NCBI GenBank assembly: GCA_045639225.1
Contig: JAZUCR010000431.1
Location: 1 to 38,263, forward strand
DNA from: Victivallales bacterium
GTDB lineage: Bacteria > Verrucomicrobiota > Lentisphaeria > Victivallales > UBA1829
Direction: 5' to 3'
Length of the DNA stretch: 38,263 bases
Below are positions 1-9,262 of the stretch, in pieces (the stretch's first letter is position 1; every line of letters begins with the position of its first letter). The notes under the pieces were generated by a model. The model did not search any database. It was not told the DNA's origin and worked only from the letters and a program-made list of their open reading frames with translations. A program made the translations under genes and the position numbers.

Positions 1-134
1 ATCATTGAAATTTACAAAGACAGGAAGTATATTCTTGACAAACTGGCAGACTATGAAGTAAATGTCGAAACAGTCATTGAACGCGAGGTGCATTCAATGA
101 CCCATTGACAAATACCAGCTGCGGACAGATGCCC

Positions 135-575
135 TTATTTATCATCATAAGGAATTCCATATTTTTTCAGGAATTGACACAATTCCGTCCGGAAATCCTT
201 TTTGGTGTGATGGACCGCCTGATTCAATATATAATTCTGGACCGCTTGATATTCAGTTGGATTGACAGAAAAAACACCATATCCGTTTTGCCAATGAAAT
301 TCTTCGAATCCAGGAAATGTCTTCTTCAGCCATACGGCCGATTCGGTTTTCACTTTGCCGACCAGTTCTTTGAGTTTCACTTCGCGTGACAGCATACAGA
401 AGATATGGATATGATCCGGCATTCCGCCGATCCGTATCGGCTTGCATTGCAGACCCGAACAGATCCCGCCCAGATATTCCCAAAGCCGAGGACCCAGCGT
501 GTCATGAAGCACAGGTTCACGATCTTTGGTCGAAAAAATAATATGAATATAAACAGCCGATAAGGATTGTGCCAT
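135..575 (-). CDS. Stand-alone HUH-Y1 transposase, IS200/IS605-family-like or RAYT-like
   Basis: 146-aa ORF. HUH motif in PDHIHIF, tyrosine region WQNGYGVFSV, and YILNQAVHH tail typical of Y1_Tnp / REP-associated tyrosine transposases. No tnpB partner. Visibly more AT-rich than the neighbouring genes. Confidence 0.8.
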   Translation of the reverse strand: MAQSLSAVYIHIIFSTKDREPVLHDTLGPRLWEYLGGICSGLQCKPIRIGGMPDHIHIFCMLSREVKLKELVGKVKTESAVWLKKTFPGFEEFHWQNGYGVFSVNPTEYQAVQNYILNQAVHHTKKDFRTELCQFLKKYGIPYDDK

Positions 576-649
576 TAATTTTTCCTGTATATGAGCCGAT
601 GATGCAAATCATTTGCTCGCAAATTATTGAAACGGGGAAATGATGGGAA

Positions 650-1258
650 TCAGGATCCGGAGGAAGGAACTTCAACTTTCACTTTGCCGGAATATTGGTG
701 GACAGTTAATTTATGATCCGTGCCGCCAGTGGGGATTTTATTCCCACCGACATATCTTCCCTGTCTGAGTAAAATTTCGGGATTGCTGCTGACATCGACT
801 AATTGTCCTTTGCTGTCGAAGATCAATGCAGGATATCCTATATCTTTTCCGCCGATATCGGTTGCATCGACTTTAACTGATTTTGTATTGGAAACACTTT
901 CACGGTATATACCATTTGGCAAGGTCTTCCAGTTTTCATCTTCGATCCATTCCTGAAAGTCATTGGCAGAATCAACTACACAAACCCTATAAGCGGAAAA
1001 ACAGCAGTCATCCTTTTTTGTGCCGGCTGAATTTTCAACTACCTCAGGGAGCAGCACCGCTACCTTGCATCGGTTGGTGACGGCGTAAGCTCTGGCGGCC
1101 GAGATCTTGGCGGAGAGCTGACGGATGGCAATCGTCATATTGCTGCCCTGGATCATGGTGGTGAAAGCCGGAATGCCGATCCCGAACAGGATGGCGGCGA
1201 TCACGATGACCGTCATGATCTCAACCAGCGTATAGAATTTTCTGACTGCGCGTTTCAT
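650..1258 (-). CDS. Prepilin-type N-terminal domain protein, GspH-like pseudopilin
   Basis: Start moved to the internal ATG at 1258 (MKRAVRKFYTLVEIMTVIVIAAILFGIG), preceded by AGGAG. It has a class-III-signal-like N-terminus with Glu at +5 and a hydrophobic helix. It lies 25 nt downstream of the ABC permease gene. Confidence 0.75.
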   Translation of the reverse strand: MKRAVRKFYTLVEIMTVIVIAAILFGIGIPAFTTMIQGSNMTIAIRQLSAKISAARAYAVTNRCKVAVLLPEVVENSAGTKKDDCCFSAYRVCVVDSANDFQEWIEDENWKTLPNGIYRESVSNTKSVKVDATDIGGKDIGYPALIFDSKGQLVDVSSNPEILLRQGRYVGGNKIPTGGTDHKLTVHQYSGKVKVEVPSSGS

Positions 1259-1283
1259 AAGACAAAACTCCTTTCCCATCCCC

Positions 1284-3611
1284 CTATTTTTCGGAAGGTA
1301 CGACAATCCCTTTGATGATAATGTTCTGACAGAATATGAAAACCAGCAAAGTGGGAATCGCGGCAATGATGAGTGCGGCAAATCCGACCGCCTGACTGGA
1401 ATTCTGCTGGAGCTGATAGAGATAAACCATCATGGTCCACATGGACTGATCCTGACAGAGCAGGAAAGCCATCATGAAGTTGCCGTAAGCGGCGGTGAAG
1501 GTATTGAGCGCGAGCACGGAGAGGATCGGGGTGGAAAGACCCATGGCGATATGCCAGAAGATCGTCCATTCGCTGGCGCCGTCGAGCTCGGCGGATTCGA
1601 AAAGCTCGTGCGGGAGACTGTCGAAAAATCCTTTGAGCAGGAAAATCATATATCCGTTGGCCATGGAAGGCAGGATCAGCGCGGCGAAAGTATTGAGCAG
1701 ACCGAGGTTCTTGATCAGGAGAAACCGCGGGATGCCGAGCACCATGGCGGGGAACGCCATGGGAAGCATGAGGAAGAGCAGGATCTTATAAGCGGGAGGC
1801 ATTTTGAACCGGGAAAGGCCGTAGGCGCAAAGCGGATTGACCAGCAGGGAAGCGAGGACGGCGAGGGCGCAGTAGATCAGCGTGTTGCGGGCGGCAAAGC
1901 CGTTGGTCAGAATGGTGTCGAAGACCATGATGTAATTGCGTTTGAGGTATTCCTTGATCAGGAGTTTGCGGTTGTCGAGCGCGTTGAACCATTCGTATTC
2001 GGCGAAGGGCGGTGCGATGCGGTTCCAGTCGGAATAGATCAGGCTCCAGGACCGGTTGAGCAGCTGGATGTCGTTCTTATATTTTTTCTTGAGGAACTTG
2101 ATCCAGGAACGGGTGTGTTCCGGAGTGACGGTGAGGGTGCGTCCTTCGGCGTTCTCAGGCTGGAGGATGAATTTCTGGTAAAGATCCTTGACGGTGGAGC
2201 CGATTTCGGGAGAGACCGGGAAAGTGGAATAGAAGGGGATCTCGTAGGGCGAAGTGATCTCCTGTTTGAAAGCCAGGGACAAAGCCTTGTAGTTGATGCG
2301 GCCGTTGGAATTGAAATGGTTGATCATGAACCGGCGGTATTGATTGATGTAATTTCTGGACAGGCCGGTGTCCTCGGGATTGAGCGTGGCGATGAATTCG
2401 AGCCAGTCTTTGCTGCGGTTGAGGTTGCCGCGGCCCTGGGTTTCGGTCAGCTTGATTTCCTCGAAAGAATGGAATCCGAGGTCGAATTTCTGATTGATCT
2501 CATCGACGGAGCGGTAGCGTTTCTGAAGCCATTTGCGGTATTCGTCGACCAGCGTGGTGAGTTCGATATAGTTGATCGGAGTGCCTTCGAGGACGAAATC
2601 GCTCCAGTCGGTTCTCAGCTGTCCGAACTGCGGAACGGTTTTCGGGAGCGCGATCTGATCGAAGGCGGCATAAGCGGTCTCATGGACGCGGTTGAACGAG
2701 GCTATATCGTTATTGTATTTTTTCCGGATGAACTGATGCCAGAGGGGTTGGGCCTCGGGCCGGATGGAAAGGAAAATGAGGTTGACCCGTTCACAGACAT
2801 ATTCGCGCCATCTTCTGATGAAAGCGGAATTCCCTTCGGGGCAGCGGGTCGGCAGGGTGATTTCAGCCCAGGTGTTGTAATTCGTGCCGAGGAGCCGGTT
2901 GAGTTTCGACAGCTTGTTGCCGGAAGGGAGCCGGAGAGAGTTGATAAAGGGAGCATCGATATCGGTCCAGAACGTATTGAACCCGGTGATCTGGGTGTTT
3001 TTGAATTCCAGCAGGTCCTTGAGCAGCGGGGTGGAGTAATTGGTTTCGGTCCGTCTGGTGTAGAAATTTTCATCGGGCAGGGAGACGGAATCCCAGGAGA
3101 CGAAATCGGTATTATAAGCGGCATTGAGAGCCTCGAGCCCTTCCTTTCCGGCGCCGAATTTGCGGATCAGCCAGGAGCGGTATTCGCGCAGGGTAAGGGG
3201 AATGACGCCGACTTCGTAAGCCATGCCGATGGCGCGCCAGTAATGGGGCCGGTTCTGCCGCATCTGGTTCAGGAACTGTTTGAAATCGTTGGCCCGCTCG
3301 CGCGAAAGATTCTCGGGATCGGGCATGTTGATGAGAGACCCGACGGGCAGCCGGAAGAGGTGGAAGATCCGGGTGCTGTTGTTGTTGAACTTGGTGTGAA
3401 GGTATTTCTTGAACAGGAGCGACTGATCGTAAATATATTCGGGGAACAATGAAAAAGAAAAGAAATCGACATTGCTCTTGATGGAGCCGGAGATCATGAT
3501 CAGCAGCGGATAGATCATGGTGACGGCACCCAGCAGGAGGATAATGTGGATGGAGATATTGAGCAGCCTGACTTTCCAGCTTTTGCGTTCGACTTTTCCG
3601 ATGATAGCCAT
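1284..3611 (-). CDS. ABC transporter permease (MalG/CUT1-like) with a roughly 500-aa extracytoplasmic insertion after TM1
   Basis: 775 aa. N-terminal TM helix (ISIHIILLLGAVTMIYPLLIMISG), then a long soluble region. The C-terminal ~215 aa are a typical BPD_transp_1 core with the EAA-loop FESAELDGASEWTIFWHIAMGLSTP. Confidence 0.85.
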   Translation of the reverse strand: MAIIGKVERKSWKVRLLNISIHIILLLGAVTMIYPLLIMISGSIKSNVDFFSFSLFPEYIYDQSLLFKKYLHTKFNNNSTRIFHLFRLPVGSLINMPDPENLSRERANDFKQFLNQMRQNRPHYWRAIGMAYEVGVIPLTLREYRSWLIRKFGAGKEGLEALNAAYNTDFVSWDSVSLPDENFYTRRTETNYSTPLLKDLLEFKNTQITGFNTFWTDIDAPFINSLRLPSGNKLSKLNRLLGTNYNTWAEITLPTRCPEGNSAFIRRWREYVCERVNLIFLSIRPEAQPLWHQFIRKKYNNDIASFNRVHETAYAAFDQIALPKTVPQFGQLRTDWSDFVLEGTPINYIELTTLVDEYRKWLQKRYRSVDEINQKFDLGFHSFEEIKLTETQGRGNLNRSKDWLEFIATLNPEDTGLSRNYINQYRRFMINHFNSNGRINYKALSLAFKQEITSPYEIPFYSTFPVSPEIGSTVKDLYQKFILQPENAEGRTLTVTPEHTRSWIKFLKKKYKNDIQLLNRSWSLIYSDWNRIAPPFAEYEWFNALDNRKLLIKEYLKRNYIMVFDTILTNGFAARNTLIYCALAVLASLLVNPLCAYGLSRFKMPPAYKILLFLMLPMAFPAMVLGIPRFLLIKNLGLLNTFAALILPSMANGYMIFLLKGFFDSLPHELFESAELDGASEWTIFWHIAMGLSTPILSVLALNTFTAAYGNFMMAFLLCQDQSMWTMMVYLYQLQQNSSQAVGFAALIIAAIPTLLVFIFCQNIIIKGIVVPSEK

Positions 3612-3617
3612 GATTGA

Positions 3618-6131
3618 TCACTTCCCTGTAGTTTTGAATTCCATTCTGGAAAGGCGTTTGATGTTGTAAATGGTGAAGAGCAGACTCATGACGCCGAGCA
3701 CCCAGGCCATGGAAATGGCGCTGCCGAAACGCAGATTGGTGTAGGCCTCTTTGAAGATGTGCAGTTCGGCCACTTCCGTATCCGCGGCACCGAAAGTCAT
3801 CACCAGGATCATTCCTCCGGACTGGGAAGCGGCGATGAAGGCACCGACGAAATTGATGATGATCAGCGCTTTCAGCGAGGGCAGGGTGACATGGAACAGT
3901 TTCTGGAAGAAATTGGCGCCGTCGATCTCGGCCGCTTCATAGATATCATCGGGAATCCCCTTGAGCGCGGCCAGATAAATCAGACAGCCGGGTCCGGCGG
4001 AGGACCAGATCACCGGAATGACGCAGGCGAGCATCGCCCATTTGGAATCCTGCAGCCAGGCGATCGGGGAATAATCGAAACCGAAAAAGGTGACGATCGA
4101 ACCGACCACCTGGTTGAGAATGCCCGTGGAACCGCTCTGATAAAAGAGTTTCCACATGAACATCACGACCAGTCCGCTCATGACTGCGGGCAGGTAATAG
4201 ATGGTGCGGTAAATGATTTTGCCGTGCGAGACTTCCTGCAGGAGGATCGCCAGAATGATCGGCGCCGAAAAGCCGATGGAAAGCATCAGGACCATGTAGC
4301 GGAACGTATTCCAGACCGATCCCCACCATTCATCGGAAAACAGTACGCCGGCGAGGTTGTCCAGCCCGACCCAGGAACTTTCACCGACGACCCGGTAATC
4401 CTGGAAGAACAGCTGCGAACCGGTGACCATCGGGTAATAGACCCACAGTGCGATGCTGATGAGCGCCGGAAGCATGATCAGGTAGCCCAGCCAGTTGCGC
4501 CGGAACTCGAAGCCTTTTTTGCGTCCGGAATAGGAATCGACCGGAGAGAAGGTTTTCCAGATGTTGTAAATGACGAAACAGAACATGGCCAGGATCAGGA
4601 TCGCCACGATGATCGCCACTACGGTCCGTTTCTGTTTTTCCGCCGCCGGGATATGCCCGATCATGTGTTCATTGGTGCGGTCTTCCGCGGCTTTCAGGAG
4701 TTTCTGCAGGATGGCCAGACGTTCTTCGCGGACTTCCGGCGAATTGCCTTCGGGGAGCAGTCCGTCGCGGGCCATCTGCATGGCTTCGTCGATCGGTTTG
4801 GTCATGTAGATGTAAACCATCTGACAGTTGCGCCCGTAGGGTTCGGGCTTGCCGTGCTTCATGGCATAATTGTAAGTCTCTTCCAGTCCGGGCGGGAAAT
4901 ACTTGAGATACTCGGTATAGCCGAATTCGCGCAGATACATCGGACTGAGATTGCGTCCGAGACCCATTTCGACCATGGTTCTGGCGTAAACTTCGCGGGC
5001 ATGTTTGGAGATGAAGAAACTGATATAGGTCCAGGCTGCCCGACGGATCTTTTCGGCGGAAATGAAAACGCCTTCGGAATTGGTCCGGCCTTCGATTCCG
5101 GCGAAAATGCCGTAAAGTTCAGAATTGATTTCCGTGGCATTGATCCCCGCCGGCCCCATCGGAAACGGCGCGATCCCGACCAGCGAGGAATCCACGGTTC
5201 CCATGGTCTTGTTGCGCAGATATTCATTATACATGCCGAGCTTGCCCGAAGCCCGGGCCTGTGTTACGGCCCGTTCATCGCCGTTCATCGTGGTGTAACC
5301 GTATTGGGTGACTCCGTCGGAATCCTGCCAGCGTTCCATAGCCAGCCGGAGATAGAAATCCAGTGCGATCGCGCCTTCCCGCGTCCCGAATGCCGCCCGC
5401 CAGCGGCCGTCTTTCATTTTGACCACGGCATCGCCGCCGGCTCCCCACAGATACGGCAGAAAATCCCAGGCCGACTGCGGTCCGGTCGACATGCTCAAAC
5501 CGAAACGGTCCTGCGACGGGTCGGACAGCCGCCGGGCAAAATCCAGCAGCTCGTCCCAGTTTTTCGGCGGACGCTCGGGATCCAGACCCGCTTCCTGAAA
5601 TACATCTTTGCGCCAGTTCAGCACGCGCGTCATCGGCTGTCCTGCCATCAGCCAGACATGGTCTCCGGCTTTGAAGCGGCCGATCGCCGGTCCGTCACGC
5701 AGCAGCAGCGGATGCAGCGCTTCCGGCACCGTTTTCATATACCCTGCAACGGATTTGAATTCCTTGCTCGATTTGATGAAATCGTCCAGCGGCCAGACAA
5801 AATTCTGCTGGATATAAGTGTCGGACATGCGGAAATTGAGGTTCAGCACATCGGGAGCCGCCCCGCCGGCGATGGCCAGCATCAGTCGGGATTCCGCTCC
5901 CACATTCTGAATGGTGATACCGCTGAAAGCGGAAAGTTCGATCTCCGGATGAAGACGTTTGAATTCGCGGATCAGCGCCAGCTGCACCCGGTTTTCCGGA
6001 TACATGGACCGCGGATCGGGCAGTTTCATTACGCGCAGGGGGATTTTTTCGGTACTCCAGACCTGACAGGCCAACAGCAGCAGAAGCATTCCGGTTGCAG
6101 CACCGATTTTTTGCCATATCGTTCTTTTCAT
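3618..6131 (-). CDS. Fusion of an extracellular solute-binding protein (family 1-like) and an ABC permease (MalF-like)
   Basis: 837 aa. Signal peptide (GAATGMLLLLLACQVWS), then a ~500-aa SBP-like region. The C-terminal ~335 aa are multi-TM with the EAA motif YEAAEIDGANFFQKLFHVTLPSLK. There is a 6-nt gap to the next permease gene. Confidence 0.85.
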   Translation of the reverse strand: MKRTIWQKIGAATGMLLLLLACQVWSTEKIPLRVMKLPDPRSMYPENRVQLALIREFKRLHPEIELSAFSGITIQNVGAESRLMLAIAGGAAPDVLNLNFRMSDTYIQQNFVWPLDDFIKSSKEFKSVAGYMKTVPEALHPLLLRDGPAIGRFKAGDHVWLMAGQPMTRVLNWRKDVFQEAGLDPERPPKNWDELLDFARRLSDPSQDRFGLSMSTGPQSAWDFLPYLWGAGGDAVVKMKDGRWRAAFGTREGAIALDFYLRLAMERWQDSDGVTQYGYTTMNGDERAVTQARASGKLGMYNEYLRNKTMGTVDSSLVGIAPFPMGPAGINATEINSELYGIFAGIEGRTNSEGVFISAEKIRRAAWTYISFFISKHAREVYARTMVEMGLGRNLSPMYLREFGYTEYLKYFPPGLEETYNYAMKHGKPEPYGRNCQMVYIYMTKPIDEAMQMARDGLLPEGNSPEVREERLAILQKLLKAAEDRTNEHMIGHIPAAEKQKRTVVAIIVAILILAMFCFVIYNIWKTFSPVDSYSGRKKGFEFRRNWLGYLIMLPALISIALWVYYPMVTGSQLFFQDYRVVGESSWVGLDNLAGVLFSDEWWGSVWNTFRYMVLMLSIGFSAPIILAILLQEVSHGKIIYRTIYYLPAVMSGLVVMFMWKLFYQSGSTGILNQVVGSIVTFFGFDYSPIAWLQDSKWAMLACVIPVIWSSAGPGCLIYLAALKGIPDDIYEAAEIDGANFFQKLFHVTLPSLKALIIINFVGAFIAASQSGGMILVMTFGAADTEVAELHIFKEAYTNLRFGSAISMAWVLGVMSLLFTIYNIKRLSRMEFKTTGK

Positions 6132-6297
6132 CTGATGATTCTTTCCATCTATTTATATTTATCCGGAAAGAAATATATCCGGATTAACCGGATTTGCAAG
6201 CTGTTTAGAGGCATTCCGGCGGAATTTTTATCGAAAATATGCTGAAAAACGCTTTTTTTCAGGAAAAAACTAGCGGAATGAACGGAAAAACTGCCGG

Positions 6298-8037
6298 TTA
6301 CGGATTTTTCCGGGGCCCGTTTGACGGTTTTCTGAAAGTGCATTCGAAAAGCTGACATTCGAAGAAACCCAGCATCGGATGACTGAAATGCACACCCGGC
6401 TTCAAATCACATTCCGCCAGGGTCCGGCGGAGCGATTCATTGGTGATTTTCCGGTAATTTCTGCCCAGCAGCAGATGGAATTTCGGGATCGCGTTCGCCC
6501 GCAGGAACGGACGCGCCTGGTCCAGCGAATCCGCGTTCAGCATCAGCAGTACGCATTTTTCCCGATGGATCCACGCCAGTTCTTCCGGCATCCAGTACAT
6601 ATCGGTCAGGATCACCTGATATTCCGGTTTGGCGATTTCCCGCACATATTCCGCGGAATAATTCCGTTTGATGTTCAGCACGGCGTATCCGCTGACATTG
6701 GCCGCCAGCGACAGAATGATCAGGATCCAGCCGCCGGTCCGGACGGCCCGGGAAAGCTTCTCTTCGGTCCGGAGCAGATACACGCTCAGAATACAGAGCA
6801 GCGGCACGATATTCAGGAAATGCCGGCCGCCCCAGAACATGCCCGGCTGATCGTGATTCAGCAGCGCCGGCGGCAGAAAGATCCCCGCCAGCGTGATCAC
6901 GGTCAGAAACCGGATCTCTTTCCGCTCCGTCCGGAACAGCGTCGGCAGACACAGCAGAAACAGTGCAAAGAGCGGCACATGATCCAGCAGCGACTGATAG
7001 ACAAAAACACCGCCGTGGGGCGTCATGATATTGCACCAGGTGCTTGCGCCGCAGCAGACGATCGCCGCGCTGAGGAACAGACATTCCGCCATCTGCCGGA
7101 TTTTCGGCACCGCCGCCAGACCCGCACTGCCCAGCAGGACCCACGGCAGGATCAGGTTCAGCTGTCCCCAGAACGGCAGACACAGAAGAAACAGATAAAA
7201 ACTGTAATTCAGCAGCTGGTTTTTCACGAACGAACCCGCCGCCTTCGGCAGCTGCGAATAGATGAAATGATGCATCCCGAAAATCGAAGTGGAATCCGCA
7301 TAATTATAAATCAGCAGCGGGATCACGGCCAGAGCAGCCCCGATCCCGTAGGCCAGCACCCGCTTCCAGGAAAAATACCAGATCAGCAATGCCAGTCCGG
7401 TCCCCGCCGCAAAGATGAAACCCTCTTCCCTGAACAGAATGGAGATCCCGGCCAGGATCCCGCAGCCGAAGATCTTCCAGGTTTCCCCCTTGCTTTCTTT
7501 TGCTTCCAGCAGGAGCCACAGGGACATCACGGCAAAGGCCGATGCAAATGTCGTTTCCAGAAAAGTTTCCGAATAAAACCACACCGGCGTGCAGAAGGCG
7601 CACAGCACCATGGCGAGACTCGCCAGCCGGTCATCGGCAAAGATTTTCCGGCCCAGCAGACCCGTGCCCAGAACCGTCAGCAGACCTCCCAGCACCGCGA
7701 TGAACAAGGTGCAGGTCCGGCCGAAAGCCGAATAAACGAAAGACGCCAGCCAGGGAAAAAACAGCTGATACGCGGACCTCCATTGTCCGTTTTTCTGGAT
7801 GAAATAGGGTTTCGGATAAGCCCGGATCCCGGATGGAATATTAAGGATCCCGGACAGCGGATCCGGCAGCGCTTTGCTGCCGTTCAGAGAATACGCCTGG
7901 GTCGACATGATCCGGTTGCCCTCGTCGCTGATCCAGATGGATTCCTGCGGCAGTACGGCAAACATGATCAGATATGCCACAGCGATCACTGCCAGTGTCC
8001 AGACAAAGCAGTAACGGCGGTCCAAAAGTTCTGTCAT
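6298..8037 (-). CDS. Polytopic membrane protein, GT-C-fold-like glycosyltransferase (ArnT/PMT_2-like)
   Basis: 579 aa with many TM helices. An acidic WISDEGNR motif follows TM1 directly, as in GT-C enzymes, and there is a soluble C-terminal domain. The functional call is tentative. Confidence 0.5.
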   Translation of the reverse strand: MTELLDRRYCFVWTLAVIAVAYLIMFAVLPQESIWISDEGNRIMSTQAYSLNGSKALPDPLSGILNIPSGIRAYPKPYFIQKNGQWRSAYQLFFPWLASFVYSAFGRTCTLFIAVLGGLLTVLGTGLLGRKIFADDRLASLAMVLCAFCTPVWFYSETFLETTFASAFAVMSLWLLLEAKESKGETWKIFGCGILAGISILFREEGFIFAAGTGLALLIWYFSWKRVLAYGIGAALAVIPLLIYNYADSTSIFGMHHFIYSQLPKAAGSFVKNQLLNYSFYLFLLCLPFWGQLNLILPWVLLGSAGLAAVPKIRQMAECLFLSAAIVCCGASTWCNIMTPHGGVFVYQSLLDHVPLFALFLLCLPTLFRTERKEIRFLTVITLAGIFLPPALLNHDQPGMFWGGRHFLNIVPLLCILSVYLLRTEEKLSRAVRTGGWILIILSLAANVSGYAVLNIKRNYSAEYVREIAKPEYQVILTDMYWMPEELAWIHREKCVLLMLNADSLDQARPFLRANAIPKFHLLLGRNYRKITNESLRRTLAECDLKPGVHFSHPMLGFFECQLFECTFRKPSNGPRKNP

Positions 8038-8079
8038 GGCGGAGACTCCTGTTTTTATAATTATCCGTCCTATCGGGTT

Positions 8080-9261
8080 TCAGCTTTTTGCCAGTTCGCT
8101 TTTCCAGGCCTCATGGACCGATTGGCGGAATTGCGGATCGGAACAGTAGCGGACCGCCACATCGGACATGGCGGCCGCGGTTTCCATAGTGGCCTGAAAC
8201 GCCTGATCCGAGGCGGCGGCTTCCCGGAATTCCTCCGTGTGCAGCGCCTTGTTTTCACTGCCGGTCACGCCGAAATAATATTGTGCGCACGGCATGATAT
8301 AGGAAACGTCGCCGGTATCGGAGGAACCTTTCCCCTCGGTGCCGTCGGTCATGACAAGGGTTTCGCCGTAACGGTTCTCCCAGGCGCGGACGAATTCCTC
8401 GTTGAGCGGCGTATTGAACACCATGCCTTTGTAGGCGGAGACCCATTTGACTTCCGCCCGGCAGCCGGTTTCCGCCGCGGCGGCCTGCGCCAGCTTTTCC
8501 AGATGTTTTTTCAGGGGATTGATCGCCTGTTCGCTCGGGGCGCGGACATAATAAAATGCTTCGGTATATTCCGGAATGATATTCGGTGCATCGCCGCCTT
8601 TGGTGATGATGCCGTGGACGCGTTCGCGTTCGCCGATCTGCGGGCGCCATTTCCGGATCGCGCAGATGAATTCGCAGATCGCATCCAGCGCGTTGATGCC
8701 TTTTTCCGGTGCGATCGCCGCATGGGACGCCTTGCCGTAGAACGAGATCGTGCAGCGCGCCACGCTCAGACAGCCGGGGTCGGGCGTGGTCTTGTTGAAA
8801 GGATGTCCTTCGATGGAGGCTGCCACGCCTTCGAACGCGCCGCCTTCGATCATCCGCACTTTGCCGCCGAGCGTTTCTTCCGCGGGTGTGCCGATGCAGC
8901 ACAGACGATACGGGGTTCCGGCCTGATCCAGCCGGGCACGGGTTTCCAGCAGGGCCGCCAGCGCGACCGAGGCGATCAGATTGTGTCCGCAGGCATGACC
9001 CAGACCTGCCAGCGCATCATATTCGGCAATAAAACCGAACAGCGGGATCTCCGGTCCGGCGCCGGGCGAATCGCATTCGGCCAGAAACGCCGTTTCCACG
9101 CCGCCGAGATTTTCCCGGATGGAGAAGCCGCGGTCGGAAAGAAATTTTTTCAAGGCCGCAGAAGCTTTGAATTCCTTATATCCGAGCTCGGGATTCTGGT
9201 GGATGAATTCCGAGATCTCATGGATGGCGGCAAATTCTTTCTGGATGGTGTCGGGAAGCAT
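8080..9261 (-). CDS. M20-family metallo-amidohydrolase (M20D aminoacylase/AbgB-like)
   Basis: 393 aa. The N-terminus IHQNPELGYKEFKAS and the metal-ligand motif GHACGHNL are typical of M20D amidohydrolases. Confidence 0.85.
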   Translation of the reverse strand: MLPDTIQKEFAAIHEISEFIHQNPELGYKEFKASAALKKFLSDRGFSIRENLGGVETAFLAECDSPGAGPEIPLFGFIAEYDALAGLGHACGHNLIASVALAALLETRARLDQAGTPYRLCCIGTPAEETLGGKVRMIEGGAFEGVAASIEGHPFNKTTPDPGCLSVARCTISFYGKASHAAIAPEKGINALDAICEFICAIRKWRPQIGERERVHGIITKGGDAPNIIPEYTEAFYYVRAPSEQAINPLKKHLEKLAQAAAAETGCRAEVKWVSAYKGMVFNTPLNEEFVRAWENRYGETLVMTDGTEGKGSSDTGDVSYIMPCAQYYFGVTGSENKALHTEEFREAAASDQAFQATMETAAAMSDVAVRYCSDPQFRQSVHEAWKSELAKS

Positions 9262-9262
9262 C

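Noticed and set aside
1-108. An open frame entering from the left edge and ending at the TGA at 106-108 (…DKLADYEVNVETVIEREVHSMTH).
   Set aside because: Only 35 codons are visible with no recognisable motif. I cannot tell the C-terminus of a real gene from chance.
371-398. TCACTTC...GTGACAG inside the transposase gene, as a possible copy of the 25137-type repeat.
   Set aside because: Only 7-nt fragments match and they lie within coding sequence (SREVKLKEL). This is most likely chance.
1259-1381. An N-terminal 41-codon extension of the pseudopilin ORF given in the track.
   Set aside because: The extension would overlap the permease gene end. The internal ATG at 1258 has an AGGAG and places the prepilin-type motif at the expected N-terminal position.
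3759-6245. An 828-aa plus-strand ORF antisense to the SBP-permease gene. Similar cases are 1551-3452 (+), 6379-9291 (+) and 9909-10991 (+).
   Set aside because: These are shadow ORFs of a GC-rich region. Their translations are Arg/Gly/Asp/Pro-rich low-complexity sequence with no recognisable motifs. Each fully overlaps an opposite-strand gene with clear family signatures.
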